Source: Squalus acanthias
Lineage: Eukaryota
Assembly (NCBI GenBank): GCA_030390025.1
Contig: CM059433.1
Location: 12,154,001 to 12,218,000, forward strand
Length of the DNA: 64,000 nucleotides
Direction: 5' to 3'
Positions 25,900 through 36,207 of this stretch are shown piece by piece. Under the pieces are notes generated by a model. It was not told the DNA's origin, did not search any database, and worked only from the letters and a program-made list of their open reading frames with translations. Position 1 is the stretch's first letter. Every line of letters starts with the position of its first letter. The position numbers and the translations under genes are program-made.

Positions 25900-26793
25900 A
25901 CACCACCGACATCCGAAGGAATTCCGCACTTATCTCGTGTGAGCCCCTGCTTCGAGAACTTGCTCTCAAACGCTGCAGAGTTGTGTGCAGCGTAATGCCC
26001 CACGGAGCCCAGGAGCCGTTGTGTGTATGCAAACCTGGGATCACGTGGGGTGGTGCTCCTTTCACTTCCTGACTCTTAGCCAATCAGGAAACAGAGGAGA
26101 TTGCTGATTTACCCACAACTCATTTTAAGAGGCTATTAAAACATGCATGCCATTCAGTTAAAGAAATGAATAGTTCATTGTACAAATAGAATAGAAATGA
26201 CGTATTTCCTAGATAGTATATAAGACAACTGTCCATTAATAAAACGTAGTGGTGATATTAGTCCCATTCAATTTTCTTAAGCTATTTTCTACTCAATAAT
26301 CAAGATAAGATGTTACCACTATTTCTAAAAGCAAAACACAGCAGGGGTAATGGACACAATCCCTTTCTTTCAGTATGAATAACCTAATCTGCTGGAAACA
26401 AATTTGCTATGTGTTTATCAATACAAATCATCTAATGGACAGAAAGAGCTCCCTTGATATATCGTATATGGAAGAGAATGGGAGATTAAATACAAATTGG
26501 CCTTTCTGTGTGACAGCAGCAATGTTTGGGACAGGTTTGTAATACAATCTTCTCATCCCCCGCCCCGTACGCTGTGCAACAGGCTTCCTGCACCTGTTTG
26601 CACCAGACGTAAACATTTTCAGCGTAATTAACTTGCAGTAGGTGGGCAATTAGCCTAACTTTTCACCAGCATGAGGAGGTAAAACGTGCAGCAAAGTCGA
26701 TGTGCAGTCAGAACTTGACAGATCGCAAGTTCGGGATTTAGCGCGTGCGGAAATCCCGAACTTGCAGTCAATTTCAAAGGTGAATTCAGGGCC
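25900..26793. mobile_element. Degraded relative of the GGCC-ended Harbinger-type MITEs (left boundary uncertain)
   Basis: GGGATCACGTGGG and AGCCAATC motifs, a subterminal hairpin at 26725-26765 and a GAATTCAGGGCC terminus, all resembling 31967-32717. Confidence 0.45.
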
Positions 26794-26799
26794 ATTAAC

Positions 26800-27539
26800 T
26801 TTTTTTTTGTTCCCAGGTGTAGGTGATGCTGGCAAGACTGCATTTGCTGCCCATTCTTTATTACCCTACAATTGATGGCTTGCTCATACACAATGATTCA
26901 TGTAGGCTAGACTAGGTAGAGGTTCCCTTCCCTGAAGGACACAAGTGAACCAGTTGGGTTTTTACAACAATCTGGCAGGTTTCATAGTACAGGAAACTCT
27001 TTGGTATCCGGCACCGACAGGACCGGCGTGGTGTCGGTTGATCAAAAGTTCCGGATAACGGAGAGTTATATCTACCGAGGCTATTTTTAACGACAGCACC
27101 AGGAGGCCGAGTAGTGGCACTTTGGAGAACTACCCCCACTGACTAATTCGGCGTTCGCGGGAGACTCTGACTCGGCAACATTGCCGGTTATTTGAGAGGA
27201 GTTTTCGGAGTACTCGGCGTTCACGGGAGACTCGGACTCGGTAACATTGCCGGTTATTTGAGAGGAGTTTTCGGAGTACTCGGCGTTCGCGGGAGACTCG
27301 GACTCGGCAACATTGCCGGTTATTTGAGAGGAGTTTTCGGAGTATGATTTTTGCCGGTTAAGAGAGAATTCTGGATATTTAGGTGCCGGTTAAACAAGAG
27401 TTTCCTGTAATTTCTTCTGGTCCAGCCCAATAATTACCAAATTTATTGAATTAAATTTTACAATTTGTCATTGTGGGATTGGAACACTCAACCTCTGGGT
27501 TATTAGTCCAGTACCATAAACACTACACTACTGTATCCC
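26800..27539 (-). mobile_element. tRNA-headed SINE-like element: family-B head and leader fused to the family-B 3' tail, interrupted by a MITE
   Basis: Head GGGATACAGTAGTGTAGTG...CTGGACTAATAACCCAG...GTTCCAATCCC. Leader GGTTCACT..TGTCCTTCAGGGAAGG as at 7840-7900. Tail ATGGGCAGCAAATGCAGTCTTGCCAGC...A-run. Confidence 0.75.
26990..27407. mobile_element. Tc1/mariner (Tigger/pogo-like) MITE with an internal 66-bp tandem repeat
   Basis: TA|CAGGAAACTCTT...AAGAGTTTCCTG|TA gives TIRs with a TA duplication. Three 66-bp units start at 27148, 27214 and 27280. Confidence 0.85.
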
Positions 27540-27754
27540 AGATATGACTTTTACAAATATTAATTATCAGGCAATTCAATTTTCAATTCATAACCTCTTA
27601 CATTTCCCCAAACACACTTTAATCTACACAACTGCTCTAAATGTGTTATTTCTTTTATATAATTGCATTTGAGGCCTTAATTCAAATCAAATTCAATTCT
27701 GAAAATGAACAAGGCAGTGTAGGATATGGTGAATACACAATGACACTGAAAGGC

Positions 27755-27920
27755 CACAAACAGTCCAAAGATGTGCGGGTTAGGTTGAATTGGCTATGAT
27801 AAATTGACCCTTAGTTTTAGGGGGATTAAATACGTGGGGATAGGGTGGGATATGTGTCGGTGCAGGCTCGATGGGCCGAAATGGCCTCTATCTGCATTGT
27901 GGGGATTCTGTGATTCTGTG
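27755..27920 (+). mobile_element. HE1/V-SINE-like 3' fragment
   Basis: CAGTCCAAAGATGTGCGGGTTAGGTTGAATTGGCTATGATAAATTG (V-domain-like) ... GGCTCGATGGGCCGAAATGGCCTC...GATTCTGTGATTCTGTG. Confidence 0.7.
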
Positions 27921-28114
27921 AAATAAATTCATAACACACAGAGCTCCCGATCTTTGGGCAATCAGAATGCAGCACTGAATGCAGATTAAAGGGCTCCCAT
28001 CGAGATGATTAAACCAAGAGTGCGGGTTACTTTTGACCATTCATCACCTACTGACCAGTAACAATATTTTTACTGCAGGGCACCTGTTACTCTTTCATCA
28101 GATAATGTTGTTCA

Positions 28115-29590
28115 CATAGGATTGCACAGAAACAGGCCATTCGGCCCAACCAGTCCATGCCGTCGTTTATGCTCCACCCGAGCCTCCTCCTGCTTTCCTC
28201 ATCTAACTCCATCAACGTAACCCTCTATTCCCTTCTCCTTCACATGCTGATCTAGCCTCTCTCTAAATGCATCTACACTATTCGCTTCAGCCACTCCCTT
28301 TAACAGCAAGTTCCACATTCTCACCACTCTCTGGGTAAAGAAGTTTCTTCTGAATTCCCTATTTGATATCTTGGCGACTATCTTATATTGATACCCTCTA
28401 GTTTTTCTCTTCCCCACAAGTGGAAACACTCTCTGTATCCATTCTATCAAAACCTTCCATAATTTTTAAAGACCCTCGATTAGGTCACTCCCTCAGCCTT
28501 CTTTTTTCAAGAGAAAAAGAGGCCCAGCTAGTTCATCCTTTCCTGATAGGTATAACCTTGCATTTCTGGTATCATCCTTGTAAATCTTTTTTGCACCTTC
28601 TCCAGTCCTCTATATCCTTTTTATAATATGGCGACCAGAATTGTACACAGTACTCGAAGTGTAGTCTAACCAAGGTCCGATACAAATTTAGCATAACTTT
28701 TCAATTCTATCCCTCTAGAAATAAACCCTAGTGCTTGGTTTGCCTTTTTTTTTAAATGGTATTAACCTGCGTTGCTTTTAGTGATTTGTGTATTTGTACT
28801 CTAAAATCCCTTTGCTCTTCTACTCATTTAGATTCTTACTTTTGAAGTAATATGGGACCTCCTTATTTTTCTTACCAAAACAGAATACCTCACATTTATG
28901 TGTTGAAATTAATTTGCCAATTACATGCCCATTCTGCAAGTTTAACATCTTCTCAATATTGAAGACCCCCCCCAAAAATTTGGTGTCATCCGCAAATTTA
29001 GACATTGCTTTTTTGATTCCAAAGTCTAAATCGTTAATATAAATTGTGAACATTGGTCCCAGCACTGATCCTTGTGGGACCCCGCTTTCCACCTTCTGCC
29101 ACTCTTTACCCCATCTGCTTTCTTGAAGCCAGCTAGCTATCCATTAAGAACATAAGAACTAGGAGCAGGAGTAGACCAATCGGCCCCTCGAGCCTGCTCC
29201 GCCATTCAATAAGATCATGGCTGATCTGATCCAACCTCAACTCTAAAGAACACAAGAAGTCGGAGCAGGACCAGGCCACTTGGCCCCTGGGCCCGCTCCG
29301 CCACCCACAGGGCCTTGACCGATCCGAACTCAAACTCATGTCCAATTTCCAGCCCGCTCCCCGTAACCCGATTCCCTTTATTTCTAGGAAACGGTCTATT
29401 TCTGTTTTAAATTTATTTAATGAAGTAGCTTCCATTCTGCGACTTGTCCCCAGACTCCGCATGCTCTGACCTTATTCATTAGTCTATTATGTGGTATCTT
29501 ATCAAAGGCCTTTTGGTAATCTAGATAAATTACATCTACTGCTTTACTACTCTCTCTGTTACCTCTTCAAAGAATTCAATGAGCTTGTCA
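28115..29590 (-). mobile_element. CR1 LINE fragment with a double-tailed CR1 3' end inserted at about 29147-29435
   Basis: ESGVPQGSVLGPMFTIYINDLD..KFADDTK and RRNFFTQRVVRMWN peptides. Confidence 0.85.
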
Positions 29591-30189
29591 CAGGCAAAGC
29601 TTAAAACCTAGAAATAATTCAGAAAACTAAAAAAAAATTTGAGGGGGTGGAGGGGGATATAAATAAATACATTTGGCAGATTACCCAATGAATAGTCAGT
29701 AACATCCATTAGAAGTCAATATACCTTGTATAATAATTTTAACTATTATAATTAGTAGTTTATAACTAATCAACACATGTAGGAACATTTCATAGTGGCA
29801 CAACTGGAAGCTTGAAACAACAGCCATACAAGAGCCTGACTGTCATATCCAAGGTAAGAATATTTTAAAAAATTATAATTTAGACTAAAATTATTTGCTG
29901 AAATTTGGATCATTGTTTCAAATGCGATTGCTGTGTAAAAAAAAAAATCACATCAAGAACACTTGTGTTCAAAGGTCACCTCTCAGACCCTGCCCTGTTG
30001 TCAGTCAGTCGGTCAATCAGTCCATTCCAGGCCCTCCTCACACACCTGTGTGGGGCCTATCTACCTACCCAACATGGAGATCTTCAATAAACACATATTG
30101 GGCCATGGGGAGATTGGCAGCACGCTGCCCCCCCACCACCAAAATGAGCAGAGGTCAAACCCTCCCCACCTCCAGGGCTGTTTTAAGGC

Positions 30190-30308
30190 CATATAATGAA
30201 AAAACACAGCAATATAATGGAAAAACGTAGCAATATAATGAAAAAAAATAGCAATATAATGAAAAAACGTAGCAATATAATGGAAAAAAAATAGCAATAT
30301 AATGAAAA
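30190..30308. repeat. AT-rich minisatellite, about 21-22 bp unit (GCAATATAATGRAAAAAMRTA), about 5.5 copies
   Basis: Read directly from the sequence. Confidence 0.9.
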
Positions 30309-30503
30309 CCTAGCGTGGACGCTGGAAACCTGAAATGGAGACAGAAAAATGCACAGCAGGTCGATCAGCATCTGAGAAGTGGTGGCTTTTAAGATCAGGA
30401 AGGCCATTGGGTCCAAGCAGCGAAGCTGGATTTCACCCACCCTTCCTTCCTTCAGTCCACTCCCAGGGTGAATTCAGATCCTCCTCCAACAAAACCTTTT
30501 TAC

Positions 30504-30645
30504 CTGGTGCTGATTCTGACACTGCGGTTCCGTCTCCCCCTCTCCTCCTCCTCCCTGGTCGTGCTGTCACGGCGACGGGCGGCCGGTGGGTGCTGAAGGG
30601 CGGTTGGTCGTTGGGTCCGGGCTGCCGCTGCCGCTTCCGCTTCCG
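30504..30645 (-). other. TRAPPC12: Probable non-coding exon 1 of TRAPPC12 (transcription start approximate)
   Basis: Donor CCAG|gtaaaa at 30504/30503 at the edge of the CpG island. The first coding exon begins with an acceptor, so an upstream exon is required. Confidence 0.65.
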
Positions 30646-30866
30646 GTGCCCCGCTCGCGCCTCACCTGACGTCGTCCCGATTGTTCCGTCACAGCCACCG
30701 ACCAGCTTTGCGCTCTGCGCCTGCGTCAGTCACCCTCGGCGGACGCCGACTCGAAATATTTTACCCGGGAGGACGGGCTTTGCTGTTGTTGTTGTTTTTC
30801 TCTTTCTCGTGTCCTTTTTTTTCCTTATAGGCCGGTCCCTCTTACTTGTTGAGCAACGAAGAGACG
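30560..30866. promoter_or_regulatory. CpG-rich bidirectional promoter of TRAPPC12 and EIPR1
   Basis: High CpG density between the divergent first exons. Tandem ETS/GABPA sites CGCTTCCGCTTCCGG (30632-30646), CRE-like TGACGTC (30667-30673) and NRF1/half-CRE-like TGCGCCTGCGTCA (30716-30728). No TATA box. Confidence 0.8.
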
Positions 30867-30908
30867 ATGGAAGACGACGCGCCCGTCATTTACGGGCTTG
30901 AATTTCAG
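30867..30908 (+). CDS. EIPR1: EIPR1 (TSSC1) coding exon 1 (14 codons)
   Basis: GACGATGG Kozak context. Translates MEDDAPVIYGLEFQ, the EIPR1 N-terminus. Donor CAG|gtattt. Confidence 0.95.
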
Positions 30909-31063
30909 GTATTTATTTTAATTTTATTTGATTTTTTTTTAAAAATGGCTGCGGCCGAGTTTAAAGGTGAGGTAAACCGGGAGCCCGAGATCGGCCTCAG
31001 GGGGGGGAGGGCCAGCAATTCCCAGCAGCCGGTGTTCTCGACGCAGGCGTCCAGAGCGGTGCT

Positions 31064-31530
31064 GTGTCAGCTGTGGCTCAGAGGGTAGCACACTTTGCCT
31101 CTGAGTCAGAAGGTTGTGGGTTCACAGTCCCCACTCCAGGGACTGGAGCACATAAAGCTAGGCTGACACTCTCCCAGTGCAGTGCTGAGGGAGTGCTGCA
31201 CTGTCGGAGGTGCCGTCTTTCCGATGAGATGTTAAACTGAGGCCCCCTCTGCTCTCTCGGTTGGACGTAAAAGACTCCATGGCCACTATAAGAACATAAG
31301 AAGTAGGAGCAGGAGTAGGCCAAATGACCCTTCGGGCCTGCTCCGCCATTCAATAGGATCATGGCTGATCCGAACCTAGACTCACGTCCACTTCCCTGCC
31401 CGCTCCCCATAACCCTTAATTCCCTTATCACTATTTTGAAGAAGAGCAGGGGGGAGTTATCCCTGGTGTCCCTGGCCAATATTTATCCCTCAACCAACAT
31501 CACAAAAAAAAACCCAGATTATCACATGTC
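31064..31530 (+). mobile_element. Deu-domain tRNA-SINE interrupted by an antisense CR1 3'-end insert (31290-31428)
   Basis: Same head and body as 4428-4866 and 57165-57622. The insert is flanked by a CACTAT duplication (31284-31289 and 31429-31434). Confidence 0.85.
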
Positions 31531-31966
31531 AACAAACAACTTGCATTTATATAGCACCTTTTAACGTAATAAAAATGTCCCAAGGTGCTTAAAAGGAGCA
31601 TTGTATCACTATACATCTTATACACAACTAACTCAACCTACATTGGGACAAAAATGCTCTTTACCCCTTCTCCACGAGGACTGGCTAAATTTAGCAATCG
31701 CCCTTGGTTACTGGTATGAATCAATAAATGCCTATTGTATCTTCCAATCAGTGCAAATTGAGATCTCTTGAGCTGTGCAAAGCCAAAATACCCCATTTGA
31801 GAGCAGCCTCCAGCATATCCGATTGGTTAGCCATTGTTTAAGGTGTTGAGTAGAGAGCACTAGGTCTGCAGTTTGATGCCAATACTGGGTGTAAACATTG
31901 GAACATTTCCCATTGACTTCCTTCAGCCATGGCGAGCTCAAAATTCACCAAAAAGTCTAAAATACT

Positions 31967-32717
31967 GGCCCGTAATTTCCGATAGGAGGCTTCCTGCGTG
32001 CGGATGCCTCCTATCGGAAAAAAATCTACGCACTTACCTGAGGGCTCCCGAGGTCCGGACACTTCCGATCCTGGGCCTCTCCACAGTCAAAATGCGCAGG
32101 GCCCACGTATCCCAGGGGCACATGCAGTTCGCAAGCGTCCTTGGGATCACGTGGGCCAGGCCAGCCAATAGGAGAAGGGAATTTCCCTTCATACTTTTGA
32201 CAGATAGACCTGTCAAAAGTATGAATGGAGATCACCCCAAAAAGACATCAAAACATTAAACAAATTTTTTAAAAATCACGTTTTTAAAATGAGTTAAAAT
32301 TACATTAAATTAAATATTTTAAACAAAAATTTAATTTATTGAAAAAAAAATTAAAGTTTTTTACGGGGCTAACATAAACTTATCTTTTTTAAGTATTTTT
32401 AAATTATAAATGAGTGAAAAATTTTTTAAAAACTTTTTTAAACTCTCATGCTGGTAAAAGCAGGCCTTGCGCCTGCTTTTACCAGGCGTAAGATTTCTAA
32501 GTGTTTTCAACAGGCAGAGGTTCCGCAGAAAGCGGAACTCTTCACCCGCAGAGGCCCTTCTCCAGGGCAGGCATCCGATCTGTCAAGAGGATTCTTGACA
32601 GGTCGGAAATGCCGGTTTTCAGCGCATGCGTTCGCATGCCTGAAACCGGCATTTCCGATGACCCTTCGGGTGTGTACACAGTGCGTACTCACCTGTAGGG
32701 ATTGGAAAATACGGGCC
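31967..32717. mobile_element. PIF/Harbinger-type MITE (751 bp)
   Basis: TIRs GGCCCGTAATTTCC / GGAAAATACGGGCC (13 of 14 match). 3-bp duplication ACT on both sides. Confidence 0.85.
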
Positions 32718-33249
32718 ACTGAAAATAACAGTAAATGACAATCGACAACAGAAATTTGGAAGAGGCAACACAAACAGAAGACTGTATTGTAAAGAAAATT
32801 GCGCTTGTGATGATTTTAATTCGTGAGTAGAATAGAGTGATGCCTCCCACTTGTACCAATGGCACTCTGCAAGTATCTTGAGAGTTAAGAACTAAAGCCA
32901 TTAATACACTGTCAAATATGATAGCCTGCGCATGTATATTGTATATTTTACTGAAATACACAGTGATTCAGAGTTCATAGTTTTTGGTGTACTGTGCTGG
33001 TGGTTATCCTTGTGATGTGACATATTCTGTGATAAACCTGGAAATGTACTTCTGAATTAAGTACAAGTTAAATGTTAATGTAACATTTTGGTCCTGTTAC
33101 AAATTGATACTTTTTTTTTCTTTTGTACAGTACAACATTTTAATCCAGACTTTGAGGATAATTAGTTGAAACCTTATAACTTGTCTGTGATCTTACAATC
33201 ACTTTTAAAATAAAGTAATGATTGTGACCTGCAGCCTGAAAATCAATTA

Positions 33250-36130
33250 AACAACAACTTGCAATTATATAGCACCTTTAAGCATCCCAAGGCGCTTCAC
33301 AGGAGAATTATCAAACAAAATTTGATACAGAGCCACATAAGTAGATATTAGGACAGGTGACCCAAAGCTTAGTCAAAGAGGTAAGTTTAAGGAGTGTCTT
33401 AAAGGAGGCAGAGAGGTTTAGGGAGGGAAAACCAGAGCTTCGAGCCTAGGCAACTGAAGGCACGGCTACCAACGGTGGAGCAATTAAAATCGAGGACGTG
33501 CAAGAGGCCAGAATTTGAAGAGCGCAGATATCTTGGGGGTGATTGTGGGGCTGGAAGAATTTACAGAGATGGGGAGAGGCGAGGCCATGAAGGGATTTGA
33601 AAACAAGGATGAGAATTTTAATATCAAGGAGTTGCTTGACCGGAAGCTAATGTAGGTCAGCGAGCATAGGGGTGATGGGTGAACAGGACTTGGTGCGAGT
33701 TAGGATACGGGCAGCAGAGTTTTGGATGAGCTCAAGTTTATGCAGGGTGTAAGATGGGAGGCTAGCCAGGAGAGTACTGGAATAGTCAAATCTAGAAGTA
33801 ACAAAGGTATTGATGAGGGTTTCAGCAGCAGATAAACTGAGGCAGGGGCGTAGACTGGCGATGTTACGAAGCTGAAAGTAGGAGGTCTCGGTGATGGAGT
33901 GGATATGTGGTTGGAAGCTCATCGCAACCTTGGTGTCCTATTTGACCTTGAGAACAGTCAAGTTCAGCCTCAGATAGTGGCCAGGGAGAGGGATGGAGAT
34001 GGTGGCTAGGGACCAGAGACTATGGCTTTGGTCTTCCCAATATTTCATTGGAGGAAATTGCTGCTTATCCAATACTGGATGACGGACAAGCAGTCTGACA
34101 ATTTAGAGACAGTGGAGGGGTCGAAAGAGGTGGTATGAGGTAGAACTGGGTGTTGTCAGTTTACATGTGGAACCTGATGTTGTGTTTTCGGATGATGTCG
34201 CCGAAGGGCAGCATGTAGATGAGAAATAGGAGGAGGCCAAGGATAGATTCTTTGGGGACTCCAGAGATAATGATGCGGGAGCACGAAGCCATTGCAGGTG
34301 ATTCTCTGGGTATGACTGGATAGATAGGAATGGAACCAGGCGAGGGCAGTCCCACTCAGCTGGACGTTGGAGGAGGTCAGTATGGTCAACCGCAGACAGG
34401 TCGAGAAGGTCACAGTCACGTAGGATATAATTTGTTAAGAGCTGTTTCAGAACTGTGGCGGGATGGAACCCTGATTGGAGGGGTTCAAACATGGAATAGC
34501 AGGTAAGATGGGCAGTAATTTGGGAGGCAACAACACGTTCAAGAACTTTGGAGAGGAAAGGCAGGTTGGAGATGGGACGGTAGTTTGCAAGGACAGTAGA
34601 ATCAAGTGGTTTTTTTTGAGGAGGGGATGATGGTGCCAGATTTGAAGGGGAGGGGGACAGTACCTGAAGAGAGGGAACCGTTAACAATATCCGCTAACAT
34701 GGGGGCCAGGAAGGGAATTTGGTTGGTCAGTTTGGTGGGAATAGGGTCGAAGGATCAGGAGGTGGTGTCTCATGGATAAGATGAGTTCGGAGTGGGCATG
34801 AAGGGAGATAGAGAAAGATGCAAGTTCAGAGCTAGGGCAGGGGGAACCTTAGGGGAAGTTTGGCTTAGTGGGCTTGGGAAAGGGAGGGAAGCAGCAGAGG
34901 CAGCTGAACATGGGGTCTCGATCTTCATGACGCAGAAGTCCATGAGCTCCTCGCACATGTTGTTGGAGGTGAGGATGGATGGGGCAGGTCAGAAGGGTTT
35001 AAGAAGAAGATTTTTAGTGGAGAAGAGAAACTGGGGGTTATCTTAGCATTTCAGGATGATCCTGGGTGAGCAGCTTTGGCAGAGGAGAGCATGACCTGAT
35101 AGTGCTTTATGTGGTCCAGCCAGATATGGCGATGAATGGCTGACCCAGTTGTCCGCCATAAACGCTCAAGTCTGCGTCCCTTGGACTTAAGGATAGATGA
35201 GGGACATACCAGAGGGAACGACCAGGGTGAGAGAGAGTAATGGATTTATTGGGGGTAAAGGCATCAAAGGTGGAGGTGAGGGTGTGATTGAGCAAATCGG
35301 TAGCTGCAGAAATGTTGTGGTGAATGGAGGGTCAAAGGCGTGACAGTTGGAAATTTGAAAGTGCTGTTGTAAGTAACTTGGGGGAGAGTTTTTTCCAGTG
35401 GCGGACACAGAAAGAAGCGGGGTTGGAAGGGGGATGTGAGTGGAGAGAGATACAAGGAAGTGATCAGAGATGGCCTTATTTGTGATTGACATGATGGAAA
35501 TAGAGAGGCCTTGTGAGATGGCAAGATCAATGGGGTAGCCATAAGTATGGGTTGGGGAGTTTGTATGTAGGAGTTTATATGGATGGAGAGATTAAGGAAG
35601 GATAGGAGGGCAGTAAACTCTGAGGTAAGTACAGCAACCTCCCGCTGTTGAAACTGATGGAGGTTGAAATCATTGGGTTTGAAAACTCACTCGGTATAGA
35701 GGCTGAAGGAAGAAAGCAGTGAAGATATTTCGGTGAGAAACTTGGCGTGGAGCTTGGGTAGGCAGTAGAGAACCAGAATTTTAAAGGAGAGGCGAGAGGT
35801 TTGGAACACGGTGAGGTGCTCAAAGGTGGAGAAGGTGCCAGAGGACTAGAAGGACGGTCCAAGGTCAGATTTGGTGATCAGGGCCATGCCGTCACTGCAG
35901 TGGTTTGGGCAGGGCAGGTAGTGGAAGCTGTAGCCAGGCTTCAGTAAGAGGCAAGGTGTCGGCACCCATGAGCCAAGTTTCTGCAAAGGCGATGATGTCA
36001 ATGCAATCATCCACAATTTTTGGCAAAGGCCTTGTTCTCAAGTGCACAGACATTCTGCAGGGCGATGCAGAGAAAGCCAGTGATTGTTGATCTGCTGGCA
36101 GAGTCCACAGCGTCAGCATTGGGAGGGGTG
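33250..36130 (-). mobile_element. L2 LINE, long decayed copy (endonuclease to tail); probably continues at about 37765-38320
   Basis: DIIAFAETWL (endonuclease), [69 protein letters not shown]2 tail at about 33250. Confidence 0.9.
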
Positions 36131-36207
36131 AGGTTGGCAAGATTAGCCCGAGCAGGCAGGTTGGTTGGCAAGATTAGCCCGAGCAGGCAGGTTGGGTGGG
36201 AAGGTCA

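Noticed and set aside
30318..30380. Second hammerhead in a Penelope-end-like remnant near the promoter
   Set aside because: It resembles 46265-46335, but no CUGANGA/GAAA core is retained.
30061..30440. Repetitive FFHYIA peptides
   Set aside because: They are translations of the 21-22 bp minisatellite.
30335..30901. 188-aa ORF across the promoter
   Set aside because: This is an open frame typical of GC-rich CpG islands. It has no recognisable domain and is out of frame with EIPR1.
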